Source: Salinivirgaceae bacterium
GTDB lineage: Bacteria > Bacteroidota > Bacteroidia > Bacteroidales > SZUA-534
Direction of reading: 5' to 3'
Length of the DNA: 63,246 nucleotides
Assembly (NCBI GenBank): GCA_024405635.1
Contig: JAKSOL010000015.1
Location: forward strand, 1 to 63,246
The translations under genes were made by a program, and so were the position numbers. The notes under the pieces were generated by a model. It searched no databases, had not been told where the DNA came from, and saw only the letters and a program-made list of their open reading frames with translations. Of this stretch, positions 22,097 to 31,566 are shown piece by piece. Every line of letters starts with the position of its first letter. Within the stretch, counting starts at the first letter, position 1.

Positions 22097-22675
22097 TTAG
22101 TTAAATTTCCCATAAAGTTTTTCTACTTCATCTTGTAGTATTGCTCTTGCACGGCTTAGGTTTGATTTAGATGCGCCTTCAGTAATGCCAAGCAATTTTG
22201 CAATTTCGTTGTGCTGATAGCCTTCAATGGCATACAACACAAATACTCGGCGGTATTGAGGTGGCAATGTATCAATCAAACGTTGATAAGCGTCGCACTC
22301 AAGTTCTTGAGAGAAATCGGAGTTCTCGTCGGCTACATCGTGAATTTTTTCTTTGCCATCATCATCGGTGTAGTTTATTGATTGCATTGTTTCGCGTTGC
22401 CATTGTGTGTGTTTTAGTTTGTCTAGCAAAGTGTTTTTAACAATACGTCTAATCCAGCCTTCAAACGATCCGTCGAACTTGTATTGGTCGATTTTTGTCA
22501 GCACTTTGGTAAATGCATCTACCATTACGTCGCATTTTTCGCTTTCGTCTAACCCGTTGGCATTTCGTACAACCTCGTGGTACATTTTGTTGTAATACAA
22601 GTTAAAAATTGCCTCTTGAGCAACACTATCGTTGCGCATACAACGTTTTATTAGTTCAACTTCATCGTTTTTCAT
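22097..22675 (-). CDS. ECF RNA polymerase sigma factor
   Basis: Region 2 SFEGWIRRIVKN; region 4 LPPQYRRVF...EIAKLLGITEGASKSNLSRAR. Confidence 0.93.
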   Translation of the reverse strand: MKNDEVELIKRCMRNDSVAQEAIFNLYYNKMYHEVVRNANGLDESEKCDVMVDAFTKVLTKIDQYKFDGSFEGWIRRIVKNTLLDKLKHTQWQRETMQSINYTDDDGKEKIHDVADENSDFSQELECDAYQRLIDTLPPQYRRVFVLYAIEGYQHNEIAKLLGITEGASKSNLSRARAILQDEVEKLYGKFN

Positions 22676-22688
22676 TTCTCTGCTGGTA

Positions 22689-22715
22689 AGATTGTTTTTT
22701 GGGGAAAAAGGTTGC
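22689..22715 (-). promoter_or_regulatory. Putative ECF-type autoregulatory promoter GCAACC-N16-AATCT
   Basis: AAC-containing -35 with a 16-nt spacer directly upstream of the ECF gene; the same geometry occurs at 27152-27178. Confidence 0.5.
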
Positions 22716-22724
22716 GTGGGCTAG

Positions 22725-24155
22725 TTATTTTTTTCGTAGTAATAATAATCCTATAAAAGTAATAATGCCATTAAGCATTAGCAATTCGTAACCTAAACTA
22801 TTGTGTGTCAGTTTGTTTATGACAATGCATATTATTGGTGAAGCAACCGAAACTATCCAAACATAGCGGTCGTGTAATTGAAATTTTGTGAACAATCCAA
22901 AGGCAAACAATCCAAGTAATGGTCCATAGGTGTATCCGGCAATTGTATAAATGGCGCTAATTACACTGCGATCGTTTATCTTGTTGAAAGCTATGATGAT
23001 AAGGGCAACTACAACTGCAATGCATATATGAACAATTTTTCGTGAGCGGATTTTTTTCTCTTCTGGCAAGTTACGCGATTCAATGTCTAAAATGTCAATT
23101 GAAAAAGATGTGGTTAGCGCAGTAAGTGCAGAATCGGCGCTAGAGTATGCTGCCGATACTAAACCAACAATAAATAATACCGAAACAGCCGTTGGTAAGT
23201 ATTGCGATGCCAACAAAGGATACAATTCATCGGTTTTGGCAGGCAGAGCTATGCCTTTGTTTGCTGCAAAGATGTACAACATGGCACCTAATGCCATAAA
23301 TAATAAGTTTATTGGCAAAAATGCAGCGCCATACCAGTACATGTTTTTTTGAGCATCAGCCAAATTACGGCAACTCAAATTCTTTTGCATCATGTCTTGG
23401 TCAAGTCCTGTCATAACTATGGTGATGAATGCACCGCTTAAAAATTGCTTAAAGAAGAAACGTTTGTCGCTTGGATTATCAAAAAACCAAATGCGAGAGT
23501 ATTCTGAATCGCGAATTTGTGTAACCATTTCGCCAACCGATAGGTTAAGCTGATTTTTTACAGCTACAATGGTTATTATGAGTGCACTAATCATGAAAAG
23601 GGTTTGCAACATGTCGGTCCATACAATGGTGCGAATGCCCCCACGGAATGTGTATAACAGAATTAGCAACATGATAATAGTTACTGTAATTTCAAATGGA
23701 ATGCCCCAAGAGTCAAACAAAACAAGTTGTAGCACGCTAGACATTAAAAAAAGTCGGAACGAACATCCAATTATGCGACTTAGCAAAAAGAACGAGGCTC
23801 CAGTTTTGTATGATGTGCGGCCAAATCGATGCTCAAGGTAGGTGTAAATGCTAGTTAACTGCATTTTATAGTAGATGGGAAGCAGCACCTTTGCTATAAA
23901 AAGGTAGCCAAAGAAAAATCCCAACACCATTTGTAAGTAAGAAAATTGGCTTGCGCCAACTTCGCCAGGAACCGAAATGAAGGTAACTCCAGAAATGCTG
24001 GTGCCTATCATTGCAATAGCCACTAAATACCATGGCGACTGCCTGTTGCCAATAAAAAATGACTCGTTATTTGCTCCGCGACTAGTGATGTGCGATATAA
24101 CAAGCAAAGCCACAAAATAAGCCGCAAGCACACCAATAATAATAATTGAATTCAT
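22725..24155 (-). CDS. Sodium:solute symporter family transporter
   Basis: FFIGNR, SISGVTFISVPG, GGIRTIVWTD, GLDQDMMQK, many TM helices. Confidence 0.92.
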   Translation of the reverse strand: MNSIIIIGVLAAYFVALLVISHITSRGANNESFFIGNRQSPWYLVAIAMIGTSISGVTFISVPGEVGASQFSYLQMVLGFFFGYLFIAKVLLPIYYKMQLTSIYTYLEHRFGRTSYKTGASFFLLSRIIGCSFRLFLMSSVLQLVLFDSWGIPFEITVTIIMLLILLYTFRGGIRTIVWTDMLQTLFMISALIITIVAVKNQLNLSVGEMVTQIRDSEYSRIWFFDNPSDKRFFFKQFLSGAFITIVMTGLDQDMMQKNLSCRNLADAQKNMYWYGAAFLPINLLFMALGAMLYIFAANKGIALPAKTDELYPLLASQYLPTAVSVLFIVGLVSAAYSSADSALTALTTSFSIDILDIESRNLPEEKKIRSRKIVHICIAVVVALIIIAFNKINDRSVISAIYTIAGYTYGPLLGLFAFGLFTKFQLHDRYVWIVSVASPIICIVINKLTHNSLGYELLMLNGIITFIGLLLLRKK

Positions 24156-24270
24156 AATGCATTTACTTTGAATGGAGGCAAAGATATGAAGTCAATATTT
24201 ATTTAGTGTTTAAAAACTCTCTTTTAGAATACGGCTATTTGTGCTAAATAGCAAAATGAAGTAAACTTAG

Positions 24271-24876
24271 TTAGTCCTTAATTTCTTCATATTCAATATC
24301 AATAGGTTGGTCGTTGTTTGGGTGATGTTTACCAATTGGAGGATCGTTTTTCGATTTTAAATAGAAACACAATTCGCTTATGCCATAAAATATTAAAGCA
24401 AAGCCAATTAGCATTACAGCCCTATCGGCAACCTTGCTAGGGTTGAAAATGATGAACAAACCTACTATAAGTGGCGCGAGAATAATGATAGTGGACTTCC
24501 ACGATTTTACGCCAAATTGTTGAAAAATAATAAGTGGAAGCAGTTGTGATAAACATCCAAGAACAATCAGCATTCCTATTAGGAAGACAAAAAGAGTGCT
24601 CGATTCTTTGGGCGAGGATACAAGCAAAATACCAATAATAAAATCTACAATTCCCCTAGGAAGCACTATTAAATTAGGACTTTGATTGCGTCGGCGTTGA
24701 CTCAATATAAAACTAATAACACCTTCAGCAATAAACATTAATCCCACAAGTTTTACAATGGTCTCAATAGTAGCACTCGGCCAAAAAACTATAATTAAAC
24801 CAATGATAATGGCGGCTAAAGCGCGTGTTAGTCGTGATGTCAGTTTCTTTTGGAATTTATTGAAAGTTTGAAACAT
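24271..24876 (-). CDS. HdeD/DUF308 family membrane protein
   Basis: Repeated short TM hairpins with G-x-x-I-x-x-x-P patterns. Confidence 0.7.
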   Translation of the reverse strand: MFQTFNKFQKKLTSRLTRALAAIIIGLIIVFWPSATIETIVKLVGLMFIAEGVISFILSQRRRNQSPNLIVLPRGIVDFIIGILLVSSPKESSTLFVFLIGMLIVLGCLSQLLPLIIFQQFGVKSWKSTIIILAPLIVGLFIIFNPSKVADRAVMLIGFALIFYGISELCFYLKSKNDPPIGKHHPNNDQPIDIEYEEIKD

Positions 24877-25115
24877 AATATTTGTGGTTGTTTGTTATGC
24901 TCCAAAAATAGTAACTATCATAGTGTTTTCAAATTAATAAGTAAGTAGTTGTATTGGAGAAAAAGCGTTTCATACGCATAACATTAGTGGGCTGAATCTA
25001 TTATTTTGAGCCATAAGTCAGTTAAAAAGTGTGACGAAATTGTAAAAATCAATCAAAATATTTCCGTGTTTTATCAATTGCATTACTTTTGTTTCCATTA
25101 CAATAATTATTTGGT

Positions 25116-25826
25116 ATGAATTGTATTATAGTTGACGACGACCTACTTAGTAGAAAAATTCTAGAAGGACTAATTGAAAAAAGCGATTCGCTTAACCTTA
25201 TTGGATCATACGATAGCCCACTTGAGGCATTCAAAGTATTTGAAAAAGCCGATCCAGTAGATTTGATTTTTCTTGATGTTGAAATGCCAGAAATGAGCGG
25301 TCTTGAGTTTATTAACACTCTTGACGAGCCACCAATGATTATCATTTGTTCAGGAAAAGAAAAATATGCACTCGAATCGTATGAATACGATGTTGTTGAC
25401 TATTTGTTGAAGCCAGTTTCGTTGCCACGTTTCTTCAAAGCAGTAAACAAGGCACAATCACAATTCCAAGAGCGTGAGTCGGTTTCAAAACTACCAGATG
25501 AGATTTTTATTAAGCGCAAAAACTCAACATTTGTTCGCATCCGTTATGAGGATATTCTTTGGGTTGAGGCTCTTGAAAACTATGTTACAGTAAATACTTT
25601 CAAAGAGAAATTTACCATCCATTTCACAATGAAAGCAATTGAAAACAAAATGCCGATGAATAAATTTAAACGTGTTCATCGTTCGTACATTGTGAATATC
25701 AACAAGATAGACTACATTGAAGAGAATAACGTGGTGATGCATACCGAGCAGGGCGCTAAAATTATTCCAATCGGCAAATCGTACCACGACATTCTGATGG
25801 ATGAGATAAATCTGATATCAAAATAA
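25116..25826 (+). CDS. LytR/AlgR family response regulator (orphan)
   Basis: IVDD, LIFLDVEMP, DYLLKP receiver domain; FKRVHRSYIVN LytTR motif. Confidence 0.95.
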   Translation: MNCIIVDDDLLSRKILEGLIEKSDSLNLIGSYDSPLEAFKVFEKADPVDLIFLDVEMPEMSGLEFINTLDEPPMIIICSGKEKYALESYEYDVVDYLLKPVSLPRFFKAVNKAQSQFQERESVSKLPDEIFIKRKNSTFVRIRYEDILWVEALENYVTVNTFKEKFTIHFTMKAIENKMPMNKFKRVHRSYIVNINKIDYIEENNVVMHTEQGAKIIPIGKSYHDILMDEINLISK

Positions 25827-25880
25827 TTTGCAATAAAGTACGCAACCATTGCGTTTTTGAGTGAAGATTTTGTGTACCCG

Positions 25881-26756
25881 ATGCGTATTAGATATACTAT
25901 CTTCCTTTTGATTTTGTTTTTTGTGACTGCTCCATGTTGTGTTAATGTGGCCAAAGCTAGTCATGCCGATAGTTTGTTTGTAAACAAAGAGTTGCAAATG
26001 GAGTATTTGGCCGACTTGCTAGGACAAACACGTTTTGATGGAGTTGTGCAAGATAGCATCAATGGTCAACTATTGCCAATCGTTGAGCAGACATTAAAGA
26101 TGAAAGGTTCGTTTGATTACGAATTCATAAATCTAAAAAACATAAGTGTAGTAAAATCGAAAGACAGACGTGTGCGAATATTTACATGGTACACGGTTGA
26201 CGATGAAGCTAATTATCGCTATTATGGGTTTATTCAGTACGACAATGGTCAACAACGACTTATTGCATTGAATGACGCCAAGGATAAAATTGTAAATCCA
26301 AATTCAGCATCGCTTACCGAGAAAAACTGGTGGGGGGCGGTTTATTATGGTATAGTTGAAAATTCTACCTCGTCAGGAAAATTATATACGCTTATAGGAT
26401 GGGATGGTAATGGACTTTATTCAACGCGCAAAGTTCTAGAATCGCTTTACTTTACCGACAAAGGACAACCAAGGTTTGGAAAAATGGTGTTTAAAGTGGG
26501 GCGAAAAAAGGAAAAACGTATGATTTTTGAATATAACAAGCGCGCCACCATGATGCTGAATTTTGATGATATGCTTAATATGATAGTGTTTGATCATCTT
26601 GCAGTGTATGGCGACCAAGATGCAAACAATCCGATGTTTTTAGGTCCAGACTCATCGCACGATGGTTTGCGCTTTCAAGACGATGTGTGGATTCACGTTC
26701 CAAATATCGATTACAAGAAACAGGCTCCTGTTCAGAAAAAACGTAGGTTGTTTTAA
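25881..26756 (+). CDS. Conserved secreted hypothetical protein
   Basis: Long ORF with a signal peptide; NWWGAVYY, YTLIGWDG, IVFDHL and GPD motifs. Confidence 0.7.
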   Translation: MRIRYTIFLLILFFVTAPCCVNVAKASHADSLFVNKELQMEYLADLLGQTRFDGVVQDSINGQLLPIVEQTLKMKGSFDYEFINLKNISVVKSKDRRVRIFTWYTVDDEANYRYYGFIQYDNGQQRLIALNDAKDKIVNPNSASLTEKNWWGAVYYGIVENSTSSGKLYTLIGWDGNGLYSTRKVLESLYFTDKGQPRFGKMVFKVGRKKEKRMIFEYNKRATMMLNFDDMLNMIVFDHLAVYGDQDANNPMFLGPDSSHDGLRFQDDVWIHVPNIDYKKQAPVQKKRRLF

Positions 26757-26857
26757 TATATAGTTGGTTTGTGGTGTATTACTACAACAAAACAAGTTGC
26801 ATAAAAAAAGCATCGCCATTATTGACGATGCTTTTCGTTTTTTTTTTCTGTAACTGA

Positions 26858-27058
26858 TTATTCAGCAACTGTAGAATCAGCAGCAACAGAATCGGCTGCA
26901 ACAGAATCAGCAGCACAGCATGCAGCAGAGTCTGCTTTGCAGCATGTTGTGTCGGCTTTTACAGCATTAGCCTCAGATTTTTGATTTGCGTTTCCGCAGC
27001 AAGCGCTAACCATTGCAACCATTGCAACAGCTGCTAAGAACAAATAAGATTTTTTCAT
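26858..27058 (-). CDS. Small Cys/Ala-rich lipoprotein with ADS repeats
   Basis: MKK + hydrophobic core + VSAC lipobox; three CC pairs; (A)ADS repeats; downstream hairpin at 26803-26835. Confidence 0.8.
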   Translation of the reverse strand: MKKSYLFLAAVAMVAMVSACCGNANQKSEANAVKADTTCCKADSAACCAADSVAADSVAADSTVAE

Positions 27059-27151
27059 TTTTTTTAAGTGTTTATATAGGTTTTAACGGCGGCAAAATTA
27101 AACTCATTATCACGTTCTTACAATAAAAAAATGAAAAAATAAATAATTGAC

Positions 27152-27178
27152 GCAACCAAAACATTTTTAGCCTCGTCT
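27152..27178 (+). promoter_or_regulatory. Putative ECF-type promoter GCAACC-N16-CGTCT
   Basis: AAC/CGT ECF geometry upstream of the lipoprotein gene at 27249. Confidence 0.5.
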
Positions 27179-27248
27179 TGCAAACAGAACAATCATTATT
27201 ATTTTTGGTTGTCAATTTGAAATGAAGTTTAATTTAATACATGTAATT

Positions 27249-27800
27249 ATGAAAAAGATTTTGATTTTCAGCGCAGTAGCATTAGCATCGTTAATGTTAG
27301 CAAGTTGTGGCGGCACAAAAGACGTAACTAAAGGTCGTCAAGAAATAACAATTCCTTGTGGCGATAAAGCTACATCAAACAAAGAGTATTTCCGTGCATC
27401 AAGCAGTGCAACAAGCAAAGATATGGCTATGGCTCGCGAAAAAGCACTTACATTGACTAAACAACGTTTGGCTTCGCTAATTGAGAGTACCATGAAATCG
27501 GTTACCGAGCGTTATGCAAACGATATGGATGCTGGTGGCGGTAGCGAGTTTGAGCAAACTTTCCAAAACATGACTAAAGAGGTTATTAACCTTGAACTTC
27601 GTGATGTTGCTGTAACTTGCGAAAAAATGTTTGAGGCACAAGGTGGCGGTTACGAGGTATTTACATCAATTGAGGTAAATAAAGAGACTTTCTATAATGG
27701 AGTTGACAAAGGAATTTCAAAAGACAAAAAACTAGAGGTAATGTATGACCGCGAGAAATTCCGCAAAATTTACGAAGAAGAAATGGCAAAAATGGAGTAA
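27249..27800 (+). CDS. LPP20-like lipoprotein
   Basis: Lipobox LASC; YFRA...MAREKA...AK..LA pattern. Confidence 0.7.
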   Translation: MKKILIFSAVALASLMLASCGGTKDVTKGRQEITIPCGDKATSNKEYFRASSSATSKDMAMAREKALTLTKQRLASLIESTMKSVTERYANDMDAGGGSEFEQTFQNMTKEVINLELRDVAVTCEKMFEAQGGGYEVFTSIEVNKETFYNGVDKGISKDKKLEVMYDREKFRKIYEEEMAKME

Positions 27801-27878
27801 TTCATTAATGCTCAATGATATAAAGGGTTGCCTGAGCGTTTAGGCAACCTTTTTCTTTACTCACCAAAATACAATACA

Positions 27879-28796
27879 ATGAAAAAACTGCTGATGTTGG
27901 CTCTTGCATTAAGCACTTTATTTAATGCTACGGCACAACGTGTAAAAGTTATGGAGGCTCATCCAAAAAAGAAACCTTCGTGGGTTAATAGTTTGGAGAA
28001 GGATTATATTATTGTGGTTGCATCGAGTAACACATTGGAAGACGCACAAATAAAGGCTCTTAATAAAGTTAAAGAGCAAATAATTAGTTCGGTGGCCGAA
28101 AATGTAACCACGTCGTCAGAGTATATACGTACCGATGAAAATGGCGAGGTGGGCGAAGTTTATAATGTTGCCACTCGTACACGTGCCGCTAACATTCCGT
28201 TTATTAAAGGCATCTCGCTAAACCAAATAGATCAATACTATTGGCAAAAAGTTGGTAGCCGAAAAGTTGAGCCAGTGTATAACTATCACATAAAGTATCC
28301 GTTTACCGAAACGCAGTTGCGCAAATTGGTTAGCGAATACAACGCCGCTGACAATAAACTGACTCAGCAATTAAATGATTTGATAGATCTAGTTGATAAT
28401 GCTGAAACCTCAGCAGACCTTGAGCAAACTCGCACTGAATTGCGAGCTATTAAAAATCAATTTTTAGAAACAGATCCTAGAGCCAAGCAAGCAGAGGTTG
28501 CCGCTACTAGAGCTTTTAACTTAATGCGCGATATTAAATTTGAAACCGTTAGTTCTGAATTGGGAAAAGTGCAATTTAAAGTGATAGTTGCGGGAAAATA
28601 TCCTGGCACAAACAAACCAAAAGTAAAATCTAATTGTGCACAAATAACCAACCTTACTCTTAATGGAGATGTGTGGGTTTTGGAGTACAACTATTCTGGT
28701 TGCAACGAAAACGAACAGAATAAAATTTCAGTTGAATATCGTAACAATTGCGGTAAACTAGTAAATGATTTTTACTTCAGCACAAAAGGCAAGTAG
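27879..28796 (+). CDS. Secreted hypothetical protein (LPP20-like N-terminal part)
   Basis: Signal peptide ending ATA|Q; KKPSWV...LEDAQIKAL. Confidence 0.6.
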   Translation: MKKLLMLALALSTLFNATAQRVKVMEAHPKKKPSWVNSLEKDYIIVVASSNTLEDAQIKALNKVKEQIISSVAENVTTSSEYIRTDENGEVGEVYNVATRTRAANIPFIKGISLNQIDQYYWQKVGSRKVEPVYNYHIKYPFTETQLRKLVSEYNAADNKLTQQLNDLIDLVDNAETSADLEQTRTELRAIKNQFLETDPRAKQAEVAATRAFNLMRDIKFETVSSELGKVQFKVIVAGKYPGTNKPKVKSNCAQITNLTLNGDVWVLEYNYSGCNENEQNKISVEYRNNCGKLVNDFYFSTKGK

Positions 28797-28892
28797 CATA
28801 GTTTTTTTAGCAAAAGAGATATTGAGCTGTTGGTGTAATTACTGCCAACGGCTCTTTTTTTTACTTTCGCGATAAATAAAACACTCAGATAA

Positions 28893-29954
28893 ATGCGCAA
28901 ACTAATTTTTATACTAGCGTTGGTTGCATTGGCAACTTCTTGTCAATCGGGGAAAAAAGAGCAGTCAATGCCTACTAAACAAATTGAAACAGGCAGACTT
29001 AAAGTACAGTTAAAATCGGGCAACTCGTTGCAATATGGCGACTCTATAGTAATTGGCTTTGTCTCTTCGGAAAAGATTGACTCGTTGCAAGTGTTTGTAA
29101 ATTCGAAAAAAGAGGATGCAAAAGTTTCGGGTAATAATTTGTGCATAGCAACAAAGCAGATGACGGTTGGGCAAAAAAGCATAACAATTGAAGCTTTTGT
29201 AGGAGCCCAAAAGCGATTGTATGGTTATGCTTTGCTAAATTTAAAATCAGACATTGCGCCTCAAATGTTTAAATATAAGGTTGTAAAACAACAAAAGCAC
29301 AACGAACAATACTACACTCAAGGTTTGGAGTTTGATGGAGCAGATCTTTATGAAGGTACAGGTCTTGAAGGTGTTTCGGCTTTGTATAAAGTTGATGCAA
29401 AAACATACAAGGTGCTAAAAGTAGTGGATTTGCCAAGCAATCTTTTTGGAGAGGGAATTAGCATTATGGGCAATAAAATCTATCAGCTTACATGGCGTTC
29501 GCAAATTGGGTTTATATACAACAAGCAAACATTTGAGCAATTAGGTACATTTAATTATGGAACCGAAGGTTGGGGGTTGACCAATAACGGCAAGCACTTG
29601 ATAATGAGCGACGGAACCGAACATTTGTATTTTATTGATACGGCAACAATGCAAGAAGTTCGACGAATTGAGGTGATGAATAATCAGCAGTCGGTTCAAT
29701 TGCTCAACGAACTTGAATACGTTGATGGGCTGATTTATGCAAATGTTTATTGCTCAAACACAATTGTTGCAATTGACGAAAAAACAGGGCGGGTAATGAA
29801 ACAAATAGATATGAGTGGCTTGTCAGATCAAATGAAAGCCAACAATCGCATCGATGTACTAAATGGTATTGCTTATCGACACGATACAAAACAATGGTTT
29901 GTTACGGGCAAGCTATGGCCCTCAATGTTTGAAGTTGAGTTTGTAAAACAATAG
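28893..29954 (+). CDS. Glutaminyl-peptide cyclotransferase (beta-propeller, plant/bacterial type), lipoprotein
   Basis: YTQGLE, LYEGTG, FGEGI, YQLTW, EGWGL, LNELE, VLNGIA, TGKLW; lipobox ATSC. Confidence 0.93.
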   Translation: MRKLIFILALVALATSCQSGKKEQSMPTKQIETGRLKVQLKSGNSLQYGDSIVIGFVSSEKIDSLQVFVNSKKEDAKVSGNNLCIATKQMTVGQKSITIEAFVGAQKRLYGYALLNLKSDIAPQMFKYKVVKQQKHNEQYYTQGLEFDGADLYEGTGLEGVSALYKVDAKTYKVLKVVDLPSNLFGEGISIMGNKIYQLTWRSQIGFIYNKQTFEQLGTFNYGTEGWGLTNNGKHLIMSDGTEHLYFIDTATMQEVRRIEVMNNQQSVQLLNELEYVDGLIYANVYCSNTIVAIDEKTGRVMKQIDMSGLSDQMKANNRIDVLNGIAYRHDTKQWFVTGKLWPSMFEVEFVKQ

Positions 29955-30294
29955 CCATTGGCGTAAAGTAAACGATTCTTTTTGTTACGATATACAAAGC
30001 CTTACCAAGTTCGGTAGTTTTTTTTTGTGTAATCTTCCCTAAGAGGCAATAATAGAGCCATATCTCGTTTTTTTTCAAAAAAGTGCTGCAAAAATGAAAC
30101 CTAATAGCCTGTCTTTCAGTATAAGAGAGTGTTTTTGTTAAGTTCTATTTAATGGTTATGCATCACGAACACCATAAAGGTGTACCAACCGAGTTTTAAT
30201 AATTGAGCACAATTGAAATCACGGTGGTTAGAGCTGGTTACTCGATGCGGGCTCAGTCCAAAAAAAATACACACATAGCTCCTTTAAATGATTG

Positions 30295-30332
30295 TCCTTA
30301 TTTGCTATAGCAGATGAGGATTTTCTTTTTTT
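30295..30332 (+). terminator. Orphan intrinsic terminator in the 470-bp gap upstream of tgt
   Basis: tccttatttgc-tata-gcagatgagga followed by ttttcttttttt. Confidence 0.7.
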
Positions 30333-30428
30333 AAGAGGTAAATAATAAACCGAATAGTCTTTATCAGACTTGCTTTTTGGCAGAAAAATTCTGCTTTAAT
30401 CTCCTATATTTGCGACATTATTACCGAT

Positions 30429-31559
30429 ATGCAGTACAAACTAATAAAAACCGATACCAAGACAAACGCACGTTTGGGTGAAATTACAACCGATCACGGA
30501 ACTATTCAAACACCCATATTTATGCCAGTTGGAACAGTGGGTTCGGTTAAAGGCATACATCAGCGCGATGTATCCGATGATATTCATGCTCAAATAATAT
30601 TAGGAAATACATATCACTTGTATTTGCGCCCTGGACCGCAGTTGTTGCAACAAGCGGGAGGTTTGCATAAGTTTATGCATTGGGACAAGCCAATTCTTAC
30701 CGATAGTGGAGGGTTTCAGGTTTTTTCGTTGTCGGCAAATCGAAAGTTGACCGAAGAAGGCGCAAAATTCAGTTCGCATATTGATGGCTCAAAGCATTTA
30801 TTTACTCCCGAAAAGGTGGTTGATTTGCAACGCATCATAGGTTCTGACATAATGATGGCCTTTGATGAATGCCCACCGGGCGATTGCGATTATAATTACG
30901 CACGCAAATCGCTTGATCTTACAATGCGATGGTTGCATAGGGGAGTGGAACGCTATAAGCAAACCGAGCCATTATACGGCCACTATCAGTCGTTCTTTCC
31001 TATAGTACAAGGCGCTAGTTTTAAAGAATTGCGCCAACGTTCGGCAACCGAAATAGCAGAACTAGGAATGGATGGCAATGCAATTGGCGGATTGGCAGTT
31101 GGAGAACCTGTTGAGGTGATGTATGCAATGATTGAAGTGGTTAATGAAATATTGCCTACCGATAAACCACGTTACCTTATGGGGGTTGGAACTCCTGCTA
31201 ATATTCTTGAAGGTATTAGTCGTGGTGTTGATATGTTTGACTGTGTTATGCCAACTCGCAATGGCCGTAATGGTATGTTGTTTACAAGCGAAGGCATAAT
31301 GAACATGAAGAACAATAAATGGAAAGACGATTTTTCGCCAATTGATCCATGTGGAGCATCGTTTGTCGACTTGTATTATTCAAAGGCCTATTTGCGTCAC
31401 TTGTTTGTGTCAGAAGAACTTTTGGCGGGACAAATTGCAAGCGCACACAACTTGGCATTCTACTTGTGGTTAGTTGGCGAGGCTCGCAAACATATTGCCG
31501 AAGGTGATTTTGCTGAGTGGAAAGAAATGATGGTGAAAAAAGTGACAACCCGTTTGTAA
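30429..31559 (+). CDS. tgt: tRNA-guanine transglycosylase
   Basis: TPIFMPVGT, GNTYHL, TDSGGFQ, GGLAVGE, PRYLMGVG, DMFDCVMPTRNGRNG. Confidence 0.97.
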   Translation: MQYKLIKTDTKTNARLGEITTDHGTIQTPIFMPVGTVGSVKGIHQRDVSDDIHAQIILGNTYHLYLRPGPQLLQQAGGLHKFMHWDKPILTDSGGFQVFSLSANRKLTEEGAKFSSHIDGSKHLFTPEKVVDLQRIIGSDIMMAFDECPPGDCDYNYARKSLDLTMRWLHRGVERYKQTEPLYGHYQSFFPIVQGASFKELRQRSATEIAELGMDGNAIGGLAVGEPVEVMYAMIEVVNEILPTDKPRYLMGVGTPANILEGISRGVDMFDCVMPTRNGRNGMLFTSEGIMNMKNNKWKDDFSPIDPCGASFVDLYYSKAYLRHLFVSEELLAGQIASAHNLAFYLWLVGEARKHIAEGDFAEWKEMMVKKVTTRL

Positions 31560-31566
31560 TGTAGTT

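Noticed and set aside
29955-30428. preQ1 riboswitch or tRNA upstream of tgt
   Set aside because: No recognisable preQ1 consensus or cloverleaf/T-loop, and tgt has its own promoter just upstream of the ATG.
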